IMG/VR virus record: IMGVR_UViG_3300010260_000001
Origin: a virus
DNA length: 34,677 nt
Reading direction: 5' to 3' (one strand)
In this document: positions 8,260-15,005 of the stretch, piece after piece
How positions within the stretch are numbered: the stretch's first letter is position 1
Layout of the letters: the number at the start of each line of letters is the position of its first letter
Program-made: the position numbers and the translations under genes
Notes under the pieces: model-generated
What the model was told of the DNA's origin: nothing
Database searches by the model: none
Seen by the model: only the letters and a program-made list of their open reading frames with translations

Positions 8260-9669
8260 ATGAACATTAACAGAAAGATAAGTAAGTACAATTTCAATAA
8301 GGGCAGCGTTTCCAGAATTAAGTATATTGTTATCCATTATGTAGGCGCACTGGGCGGCGCAGAGGACAACTGCCAATATTATGGCGGCGGCAATAGAAAT
8401 GCGTCGGCACATTACTTTGTAGGATTTAACGGCGAGGTATGGCAGTGCGTAGAGGACGCTAATATAGCGTGGCATTGCGGAGCGTCGAGCTATAAGCACG
8501 CAGAGTGCCGAAACGCTAACAGTATCGGTATTGAAATGTGCGTAAGAAAGAAAAATACAAAGAGCATGGGTGCAACAGATAAAGACTGGTATTTTGAGGA
8601 CGCAACAGTAGAGGCGGCGGCAGAGCTTACCCGTTACCTTATGAATAAATACGGCGTGCCTGCATCTCATGTAATCAGACATTACGACGTAACAGGTAAA
8701 ATCTGCCCTAACCCGTATGTATATAACACCAGCGCCCACACATGGGACGAGTTTAAGCGTAAAATCAGCGGACAGGCAGAAACACCGCAGGACAGCAATG
8801 AAAAAACAATCTGGAATTTTCTTACAGGCAAGGGCTTAAATGCTTATGCCGTGGCTGGTATTATGGGTAATCTGTACGCTGAAAGCGGGCTTATGCCGAA
8901 CAATTTACAGAACACATATAACAATAAGCTGGGTAAGACAGACGCAGAATATACAGCGGCAGTGGATAACGGTAGCTACGGTAATTTTGTAAAGGATGGC
9001 GCAGGCTATGGGCTGGCACAGTGGACATATTGGAGCAGAAAGCAGGCACTGCTTAACCATGCAAAGCAGGCGGGCGTATCCATTGCAGACCTTAATATGC
9101 AGCTGGGCTTTTTATGGGAAGAATTGCAGGGCTACACGGCAGTAATGGACGCACTGAAAAAGGCGGGTAGCGTGCGTGCTGCATCTGATGCCGTTCTTAC
9201 TGGATATGAAAAGCCAGCAGACCAGAGCGAAACAGTAAAGAAAAAGCGTGCAGAGTACGGCGAGGGATACTATAAAAAGTATGCAGCAGGAAACGGTACA
9301 AAGTATTACAGAGTGCGCAAGAGCTGGACGGACGCAGCAAGCCAGCTGGGGGCGTTTACGTCGCTGGAAAATGCAAAGAACGCTTGCAAGGCAGGCTATA
9401 CCGTATATGATGATAACGGCAAGGCGGTATATACCGCAGCGGTGCAGCAGGCAAGCGCAGGCGTTCCGTTTAGCGTACAGGTAGATATTTTAGACCTTAA
9501 TATTAGAACGGGAGCAGGCACGAACTATGCAAAGACGGGAGAAACCACAGGAAAGGGAGTATTTACCATTGTAGAAGTGAAAGCCGGACAGGGCGCAAGC
9601 GCTGGCTGGGGACGCTTAAAGAGTGGCGCAGGCTGGATTAGCTTAGATTATGCCACAAGATTAGCTTAA
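8260..9669 (+). CDS. multidomain endolysin: N-acetylmuramoyl-L-alanine amidase (Amidase_2/PGRP), a lysozyme-like domain, and SPOR-like and SH3b-like wall-binding domains
   Basis: Amidase motifs: IVIHYVG, SAHYFVG, NSIGIEMC and HYDVTGKICP. The central segment GIMGNLYAESG..GYGLAQWT resembles the phage tail-tip lysozyme-type domain. The C-terminus has a YYRVR..GAF..NA segment and an SH3b-like segment. The ATG at 8260 has a ggaaagg ribosome-binding site. Confidence 0.9.
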   Translation: MNINRKISKYNFNKGSVSRIKYIVIHYVGALGGAEDNCQYYGGGNRNASAHYFVGFNGEVWQCVEDANIAWHCGASSYKHAECRNANSIGIEMCVRKKNTKSMGATDKDWYFEDATVEAAAELTRYLMNKYGVPASHVIRHYDVTGKICPNPYVYNTSAHTWDEFKRKISGQAETPQDSNEKTIWNFLTGKGLNAYAVAGIMGNLYAESGLMPNNLQNTYNNKLGKTDAEYTAAVDNGSYGNFVKDGAGYGLAQWTYWSRKQALLNHAKQAGVSIADLNMQLGFLWEELQGYTAVMDALKKAGSVRAASDAVLTGYEKPADQSETVKKKRAEYGEGYYKKYAAGNGTKYYRVRKSWTDAASQLGAFTSLENAKNACKAGYTVYDDNGKAVYTAAVQQASAGVPFSVQVDILDLNIRTGAGTNYAKTGETTGKGVFTIVEVKAGQGASAGWGRLKSGAGWISLDYATRLA

Positions 9670-9675
9670 GTTTTT

Positions 9676-9713
9676 GAGGGTGGGCGGTTCGCTGTCTGCC
9701 CTCTATTTTTTTT
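9676..9713 (+). terminator. rho-independent terminator after the lysis cassette
   Basis: GC-rich hairpin gagggtgggcgg..ctgtctgccctc followed by a run of 8 T. Confidence 0.75.
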
Positions 9714-9744
9714 GCAGTTTTATAGGATTTTCTGCATAAAAGCG

Positions 9745-9773
9745 TTGACAATATACCAAAGTTGGTATATAAT
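9745..9773 (+). promoter_or_regulatory. sigma70-type consensus promoter
   Basis: TTGACA at 9745..9750, a 17-nt spacer, and TATAAT at 9768..9773. Confidence 0.7.
9751..9770. promoter_or_regulatory. 20-bp palindromic operator candidate embedded in the promoter spacer and -10 element
   Basis: atataccaa-ag-ttggtatat has perfect 9-bp inverted arms. Confidence 0.45.
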
Positions 9774-9837
9774 AAAATCATGGAAAGGAGATAAGAACAA
9801 ATAAGAGGCAAAGCCACTGGAAAGGAGAAACGGCACA

Positions 9838-9957
9838 ATGGGTAAGAAAAAGAAACAAAAGAAAAAGCCTATCGAATGGCGAGACCTGACAATCAACGCA
9901 TTGATAGACTTAATCATAGGCATAATACTTATCATAATCGGTAAGTACATAGGTTAG
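9838..9957 (+). CDS. small membrane peptide (39 aa; Lys-rich N-terminus plus one hydrophobic helix)
   Basis: ggaaaggag ribosome-binding site about 8 nt upstream of the ATG. It is the first ORF after the consensus promoter. Confidence 0.4.
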   Translation: MGKKKKQKKKPIEWRDLTINALIDLIIGIILIIIGKYIG

Positions 9958-9996
9958 GGCGAAAGCCCTAACCGACAGGCGGGCGATAAGCCCGCC
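9952..9996 (+). other. two tandem perfect hairpins
   Basis: ggttagggc-gaaa-gccctaacc (9952..9973) and ggcgggc-gataa-gcccgcc (9978..9996). Neither is followed by a T-tract. Confidence 0.5.
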
Positions 9997-10039
9997 GCCT
10001 ATAAAAAATATAACACAAACCCACAGCCGAGTAAAGAGT

Positions 10040-10138
10040 ATGCTTTTGAAATTAGGAGTATTTTTAGTAGTAGCAGGACTGGTAAAGCTGCTTATTGCTT
10101 TCATTTTGAGAGCAAAGGAAAAGAGAGGTAAGGCATGA
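10040..10138 (+). CDS. small membrane peptide (32 aa; hydrophobic helix plus a basic C-terminus)
   Basis: Its stop overlaps the xre-like ATG in an ATGA arrangement, suggesting translational coupling. Confidence 0.35.
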   Translation: MLLKLGVFLVVAGLVKLLIAFILRAKEKRGKA

Positions 10139-10332
10139 ATTTAGGCGAAAACATAAGGGAAGCACGAAAAGCGGCGGGCGTTTCACAGTCAGAACTTGCG
10201 GAACGCCTGCAAGTCCACCAGAAAGATATAAGCAGGTGGGAGAATGGGGCGCACGCACCGACTATAGAAATGTTTGCGAAAATTTGCAGAGAGCTTAACG
10301 CCTCTGCTGATGAAATTTTAGAATTGAAGTAG
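10135..10332 (+). CDS. Xre-family helix-turn-helix transcriptional regulator (Cro/CI-like)
   Basis: 65 aa with IREARKAAGVSQSELAERLQVHQKDISRWENG, the classic HTH_3 pattern. Confidence 0.85.
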   Translation: MNLGENIREARKAAGVSQSELAERLQVHQKDISRWENGAHAPTIEMFAKICRELNASADEILELK

Positions 10333-10353
10333 AAACGAAAGCGAGGGCTTACT

Positions 10354-11040
10354 ATGACAAAGAAAAAAGTGATTTTATTGGTAGTGGCTGCATTATTTGC
10401 AGTAAGCGGTTTAACGGCGCTGCCGTCTGGAAATATAACAGGTGGGGCGGGCTGTATTGTGGTTGCGGCAGTATGCGCCTATTTTGGACTGAAAAAGAAA
10501 AGCGCAGGAAAAGAGAACGGAAACAGAACGCCAGCGCCTGCCGCTGCATCTGGTGGCAGAGTTTTAGATACAATCAGAACGAAAGTAGTAGGCGTGACGT
10601 TCAATAATGAGGACGGAGAAAACAGGCAGGATATTTTAAGCAGAATGTCCGGCAGTGAAGATATTACAGTAGAAAAGTATACATACAACGGAGAGCCTGC
10701 CGCATACGTAAAGTGGGGCGATAAGGTAATAGGCAATCTATCGGCGGAGCTGGCGGGGGACTTAGCGAGAAAATACCCGAAAGCCCGCTACACCGCAGAA
10801 ATACTGGAAATTTCTGGGGGGGGGGGGGTACAGACGTTCGGGTGCAATATAGAGCTTGACGTAATCGAGGACGCAACGCCCGGCGTAAGCCAGCATACGG
10901 GAGAAACTACAGTATATATAGACCGTAGCAACAAAAAATACCATAGTAAGCCTAACTGTTCGGGAATGAAAAACCCAAAGAGTATACCGCTAAGCCAAGC
11001 AAAGAAGAAATACACCGCTTGTAAAAAGTGTTGTAAATAG
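10354..11040 (+). CDS. membrane-anchored protein with a HIRAN-like domain and a C-terminal Cys-rich motif
   Basis: N-terminal transmembrane segments. The segment VVGVTFNNEDGENRQDIL...IGNLSAELA...V..I matches the HIRAN pattern. The C-terminus reads YHSKPNCSG...CKKCC. The gene contains a 13-G tract. Confidence 0.6.
   Translation: MTKKKVILLVVAALFAVSGLTALPSGNITGGAGCIVVAAVCAYFGLKKKSAGKENGNRTPAPAAASGGRVLDTIRTKVVGVTFNNEDGENRQDILSRMSGSEDITVEKYTYNGEPAAYVKWGDKVIGNLSAELAGDLARKYPKARYTAEILEISGGGGVQTFGCNIELDVIEDATPGVSQHTGETTVYIDRSNKKYHSKPNCSGMKNPKSIPLSQAKKKYTACKKCCK
10816..10828 (+). repeat. poly-G homopolymer (13 G) inside a CDS
   Basis: Read directly; encodes the Gly4 run in EISGGGGV. Confidence 0.95.
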
Positions 11041-11050
11041 GTAAAGGCAT

Positions 11051-11084
11051 AAGCCGCAGACTTGTAAAAGAGTTTGCGGCTTTT
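11051..11084 (+). terminator. hairpin terminator candidate
   Basis: aagccgca and tgcggctt form a perfect 8-bp stem with a 16-nt loop, followed by tttt. Confidence 0.5.
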
Positions 11085-12322
11085 CGTCGTATATGGGGAA
11101 AGAACAGGAACGAAAGAGAGGTAGCAGAAATGGCGAATAAGAAAGGCAGCCACCAGCTGACGAGGGCAGACCGTATAAGTCTTGAGGCGTTGAAAAAAGC
11201 AGGGCATAGCGTGATAGAGATAGCGGAGCAGCTGGGCGTACACCGTAGCACTATATATAATGAGCTTAAGAGAGGGCAGTATATGCACCGAAACAGCGAC
11301 TATACGGAAGAACTGCGCTATAGTCCAGATATTGCACAGGAAAAGGCAGAGGAAAACTTAAAGGCGAGAGGTACACAGCTTAAAATAGGAAATGATATTG
11401 CATACGCAAATTACATAGAGGATAAAATAGTAAATGAAGATTACAGCCCAGCGGCGGTACTGGGAGAGCTGAAAGCGCAGGGAAAAGAGGGGGACTTTTC
11501 CGTAACGGTATGCGTAACGACCTTATACAGCTACATTGATAAGGGCATTTTCCTTAAGCTGTCTAACAAGGATTTGCCAGTAAAGAAGAATAAAAAGCGG
11601 AAATATAAGAAAGTGCAGCGGCAGCAGTCAAGGGCAGCAGCAGGCGAGAGTATAGAGAAACGCCCGAAAGAGATAGATACACGGGAAGAGTTCGGCAACT
11701 GGGAAATGGACAGCGTTTTAGGCAAGCGTGGAAAGTCAAAAAATACGCTGCTGGTGCTGACAGAGCGGAAAACCAGAAACGAGATTATATTTAAGCTGCC
11801 AGACCATACAGACGAGGCAGTAGTAGCGGCGCTGGATAGATTAGAAAGAAAATGGGGCGCTGATATGTTTAAGCGGGTATTTAAGACAATCACGGTAGAC
11901 AACGGCAGCGAGTTTGCAGACGCAGAGGGCTTGCAGCGTTCTATTATCAACGAGGGAGAAAAGCGTACAAAGGTATATTACTGCCACCCTTATAGTAGCT
12001 GGGAGCGTGGCACGAATGAGGTAACAAATAAGATGATACGCCGGAAGATACCGAAAGGCACAAATTTTGACGACAGGACAGAGGAAGAGGTAGAGAGTAT
12101 AGAGAACTGGATAAACGGATACCCACGCAAAATACATGGCTACCATTCAGCGGGGGAACTATTCAAGGAAGAGGTAAAGCAGCTTGCATAACAACGGATA
12201 CAGGGAGCGTGAGAGGCTGGCAGCAGTGGCAGCCTTACTACTGCGCTGCCTAAAAGTGAAAATATACAATAAAACAGGCTGCGTATTGTGCAAAATGGCA
12301 AAACGATAAAAACACGAAAAAA
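11085..12322 (+). mobile_element. IS30-family insertion sequence candidate; boundaries approximate and inverted repeats not confidently identified
   Basis: Contains an intact IS30-type transposase gene. Only a weak 7-9 nt inverted match (ttttcgt at 11081 against acgaaaa at about 12315) marks possible ends. Confidence 0.3.
11130..12191 (+). CDS. IS30-family DDE transposase
   Basis: 353 aa. N-terminal HTH IAEQLGVHRSTIYNELKR. DDE region NWEMDSV...ITVDNGSEF...HPYSSWERGTNEVTNKMIRR. Confidence 0.9.
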   Translation: MANKKGSHQLTRADRISLEALKKAGHSVIEIAEQLGVHRSTIYNELKRGQYMHRNSDYTEELRYSPDIAQEKAEENLKARGTQLKIGNDIAYANYIEDKIVNEDYSPAAVLGELKAQGKEGDFSVTVCVTTLYSYIDKGIFLKLSNKDLPVKKNKKRKYKKVQRQQSRAAAGESIEKRPKEIDTREEFGNWEMDSVLGKRGKSKNTLLVLTERKTRNEIIFKLPDHTDEAVVAALDRLERKWGADMFKRVFKTITVDNGSEFADAEGLQRSIINEGEKRTKVYYCHPYSSWERGTNEVTNKMIRRKIPKGTNFDDRTEEEVESIENWINGYPRKIHGYHSAGELFKEEVKQLA

Positions 12323-12336
12323 TGTCGATTTTAATG

Positions 12337-12365
12337 TTGACATTTTTAGTGATAAGTTTTAGAAT
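12337..12365 (+). promoter_or_regulatory. sigma70-type promoter candidate
   Basis: TTGACA at 12337..12342, a 17-nt spacer, and TAGAAT at 12360..12365. It is bracketed by the 10-bp inverted repeat tgtcgatttt (12323..12332) and aaaatcgaca (12367..12376). Confidence 0.5.
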
Positions 12366-12433
12366 GAAAATCGACAAGAGGTTATAAAGCCTCTGCCGAT
12401 TTTCTTTTTTTATAGGAAACAGCAGAAAAGAAG

Positions 12434-12473
12434 AGCGTGCAGAGCGTAAAAACTCTGACACGCTTATTTTTTT
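12434..12473 (+). terminator. rho-independent terminator
   Basis: agcgtgcagag-cgtaaaaa-ctctg(a)cacgct followed by tattttttt. Confidence 0.65.
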
Positions 12474-12511
12474 ACCATAAAAGCAAATGAGGACGGAAAG
12501 GAGCATAGAAC

Positions 12512-12706
12512 ATGGCGAAACGAAAGTACAAGCGCTTGCATTACGAGGATAGACAGACCATAGAGGCTATGAGCAAACAGGGCAGCAGCGTAAAAGATAT
12601 TGCAGAGGCGCTGGGAACACACAGAGATACGATTTATAGAGAGTTCAAACGCTGCGGGGCTACTCTGGAAACGTACACAGCGGCAGCAGGGCAGCAGGCA
12701 CTATAA
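12512..12706 (+). CDS. stand-alone HTH protein resembling the N-terminal HTH domain of IS30 transposases (possible transposase remnant or regulator)
   Basis: 64 aa. IAEALGTHRDTIYREFKRCG parallels IAEQLGVHRSTIYNELKRG of the transposase at 11130. An aaaggag ribosome-binding site lies upstream. Confidence 0.55.
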   Translation: MAKRKYKRLHYEDRQTIEAMSKQGSSVKDIAEALGTHRDTIYREFKRCGATLETYTAAAGQQAL

Positions 12707-12719
12707 AAAAGGGAAAATA

Positions 12720-12884
12720 ATGAAATTAGAGGACGCATTAAAGCAAAATCCATACGATAAAACCAGAGGCAGTAAAGGGGCGTACATAAGATATTTACGC
12801 TATACCGTGGACGGGTGGTATAGCAAGAAAAGCGAGGAAATAAGAAAGCAGATAGACTGGGATAAGATAACGAAAGAGAGGTAA
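12720..12884 (+). CDS. hypothetical small protein (54 aa)
   Basis: An internal ATG at 12720 is preferred over the track start at 12600, which would overlap the preceding gene. Confidence 0.4.
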   Translation: MKLEDALKQNPYDKTRGSKGAYIRYLRYTVDGWYSKKSEEIRKQIDWDKITKER

Positions 12885-12891
12885 AAGAGAT

Positions 12892-13119
12892 ATGACAAGA
12901 GAGGCACTTAAGAAATTAAATGAAAAGCAAATGAATTACTGTAAAACACTTTCAGCGCTGATTGATAGAGCAAAGATAAAAGGACTTAAAGAAGAGAACG
13001 AACGGAACAGAGGAAAACTTAGAGGGTTCTTAGAGTGCATGGAGCAAATGGAATTATTAAGCGGTTACGAAGTGAAAGCATTATATTTATGGTTCATATC
13101 TGGAAATAGAGGAGAATAA
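12892..13119 (+). CDS. hypothetical protein (75 aa)
   Basis: ORF preceded by gaaagagaggta. Confidence 0.5.
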   Translation: MTREALKKLNEKQMNYCKTLSALIDRAKIKGLKEENERNRGKLRGFLECMEQMELLSGYEVKALYLWFISGNRGE

Positions 13120-13141
13120 TAGGCGGCAGCAGTCGCCACCA

Positions 13142-13215
13142 GTGCCGTTAGTTCAGTTGGTTAGAGCAGCCGCCTCATAAGCGGCAAGTCGTGGGTTCAA
13201 GTCCCACACGGCACA
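13142..13215 (+). tRNA. tRNA with CAT anticodon (Met; Ile2-lysidine type cannot be excluded)
   Basis: Manual cloverleaf. Acceptor GTGCCGT/ACGGCAC, D-stem GTTC/GAGC, anticodon stem GCCGC/GCGGC with loop CTCATAA, variable loop AAGTC, T-arm GTGGG-TTCAAGT-CCCAC, discriminator A. No CCA is encoded. The G1-C72 pair argues against an initiator tRNA. Confidence 0.9.
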
Positions 13216-13451
13216 TTGCGTAGCAGGCATGGCGAGCCTGCGGCAGAGGGCAGCAGGCTAATAGCTGCAATCTGTATACCGTGGAAAAATAGCGGCGGTC
13301 ATACCAGCCAGAAAGTATGTGGACAGTCAACAGGTTTTCAGTTGCTTTTTAATGCGAAAAGCAGCCCGCACGGTAAAAACAAAACGCCAGAACAGGAGAG
13401 CGGCACACATGGAAAGACAGAGAGCGCCGCCGAAAGGAAGAGAGGCAGAGA

Positions 13452-13790
13452 ATGGCAGCAGAGGCATTGATAGTAGAGGACGCATACCAGAGAGGCTATG
13501 CAGATGCCATAGCAGATATGCGTAAGAAAAAAGAGCAGAGGCGGCAGCGGGAGCAGGCAAAGAAAGCCCGTCGCTGGTATTTCATTAAGCAGAAAGCCTA
13601 CGGGCTTGCAATGCTGGCAGTTACCGTGCTGGCAGTATGGGCGACAGAGGGCGACATAACAATAGCGGTTATTACCGTACCGCTGGGGCTTATGTGCCTT
13701 TTCAGTAAAAAAATGCTGATAGTGGACAACTACTATTTTGCTACAGAAGAGAGGGCAATACATGGACGAAAAAACAATACAGCGTATTAA
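13452..13790 (+). CDS. hypothetical membrane protein
   Basis: 112 aa with two hydrophobic segments and an agagagg ribosome-binding site. Confidence 0.5.
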   Translation: MAAEALIVEDAYQRGYADAIADMRKKKEQRRQREQAKKARRWYFIKQKAYGLAMLAVTVLAVWATEGDITIAVITVPLGLMCLFSKKMLIVDNYYFATEERAIHGRKNNTAY

Positions 13791-14316
13791 AAAGCTGCAA
13801 GCGTTGGCAGAGCGGGGCGTAGGTGGCGAGAAAACGACAGCGCAAAAGAAACTTGAAAAGTTGCTTAAGGATAACGGCATAAATTCCTTAGACGAGCTGC
13901 AAAAGGAAGAGTATGAATATACGTTATTTTCCTATAACGGAAAGCATGAGATAAAGCTACTGCGACAGTGTATGTATAAGGTTATGGGTGCAAAATCTGA
14001 CAGGACAGTATACAAGCCATACGGACGGCGGCAGAAAATCGGCATATATTGCACGAAAGCGCAGAAAATCGAAATAGAGTTAGAGTTTGAATTTTACAGA
14101 AATGTATTTTATGAGGAATTAGGTACATTTATGGACGCTTTCATACAGGCACAGAAGATTTTCCAAGAAGATGCACCAACAGCAGACTACGACGAATTTA
14201 ACGAAAGAGATATGAAAATAGCTTTTATGGCTACAGGAATAGAGCGGCGCAGCAGGGCTGCAATGATAGAGGAAAGCGAGGCGGGAAATGAGAAAACGAA
14301 AACGACAGGTAGTTAA
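13762..14316 (+). CDS. hypothetical protein with a DUF2786-like N-terminus
   Basis: IKKLQALAERGVGGEKTTAQKKLEKLL resembles the DUF2786 pattern. The ATG at 13762 is preferred over the TTG at 13738. Confidence 0.45.
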   Translation: MDEKTIQRIKKLQALAERGVGGEKTTAQKKLEKLLKDNGINSLDELQKEEYEYTLFSYNGKHEIKLLRQCMYKVMGAKSDRTVYKPYGRRQKIGIYCTKAQKIEIELEFEFYRNVFYEELGTFMDAFIQAQKIFQEDAPTADYDEFNERDMKIAFMATGIERRSRAAMIEESEAGNEKTKTTGS

Positions 14317-14659
14317 GAAACTGATACAGTGCGCAGCCATTATAGCAGCAGGCGTGACGGCAATTATTTTGTTTATGTGGGTTATCTGGTACAGAGGAAA
14401 GAACAGCGAGCCAGTGACGGACGAACAGGTAGCAGCGCAGATGCAGCAGGCAGAGCCACTGGTTATTGAAACGCCAGAGGCAGCCACAGAGGGCAGTATA
14501 AGAGTATACGACTATGACGGCTGCTGCATTTATTCCTACTACGGAAAAATTCGGATAAACAACGACGGTAAGAACGGCAAGGACATTGACGTAGAGGCAA
14601 TAGGCTACTTAGAGGGCTACCAAGAGCATAAGGACGAAAGCGAGGCAGGCAATGAGTGA
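14288..14659 (+). CDS. hypothetical membrane-anchored protein
   Basis: 123 aa with an N-terminal transmembrane helix, preceded by gaaagcgaggcg. Confidence 0.5.
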   Translation: MRKRKRQVVKKLIQCAAIIAAGVTAIILFMWVIWYRGKNSEPVTDEQVAAQMQQAEPLVIETPEAATEGSIRVYDYDGCCIYSYYGKIRINNDGKNGKDIDVEAIGYLEGYQEHKDESEAGNE

Positions 14660-14993
14660 GGTATACATACGCAGCCAGAATAAAGAAAAGCTGTATAGAC
14701 TGGGCGGTAATTACGCCTGCGTAGAGTACGGAGAGTATGAGGACGTAAAGAAAAAGAGAGGCGGCGCAGAGGCAGACAAAAAGCGCCACGTAATTTGCAT
14801 AAGTGACGGGTGTTTAGAGGAAATCGGAGAGTATGCCACAAAAGAGCGCTGCTTAGAGGTTCTGGACGAGATACAGAAAGCGTGCGTAAGCTATCTGTTT
14901 ACGGCTGGCGGTGCAGCCATAGTAAGGGGCGGCATGGACGTACAGCCATTTGCAGCAGTAATACCGAGGCTGTACGAAATGCCGGAGAAGTAG
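14652..14993 (+). CDS. hypothetical protein
   Basis: 113-aa ORF preceded by gaaagcgaggca. Confidence 0.5.
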   Translation: MSEVYIRSQNKEKLYRLGGNYACVEYGEYEDVKKKRGGAEADKKRHVICISDGCLEEIGEYATKERCLEVLDEIQKACVSYLFTAGGAAIVRGGMDVQPFAAVIPRLYEMPEK

Positions 14994-15005
14994 GAGAGGC
15001 AGACA

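Noticed and set aside
8038-8739. 233-aa minus-strand ORF
   Set aside because: It is antisense to the holin 3' end and the endolysin amidase domain, both of which have clear family signatures on the + strand.
9838-9996. Possible second DGR target, suggested by the hairpin resembling the post-VR hairpin
   Set aside because: Nothing upstream resembles TR or the GC-rich IMH (ggcgctcgtggggcgtgtgact). I also found no additional TR-like copy elsewhere in the window by eye.
11041-12330. Attempt to define IS30 terminal inverted repeats and target-site duplications
   Set aside because: Only short imperfect matches were found: 7-9 nt around 11081/12315, and a gapped aggca..gcgcag..gtaa match at 11045/12240. 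Neither is strong enough to fix the element's ends.
13216-13525. ORFs 13216..13470 and 13319..13525 downstream of the tRNA
   Set aside because: Both use non-ATG starts directly abutting the tRNA. Both have Arg/Gly/Ser-rich, low-information sequences and overlap each other out of frame. The interval is treated as non-coding with unknown function.
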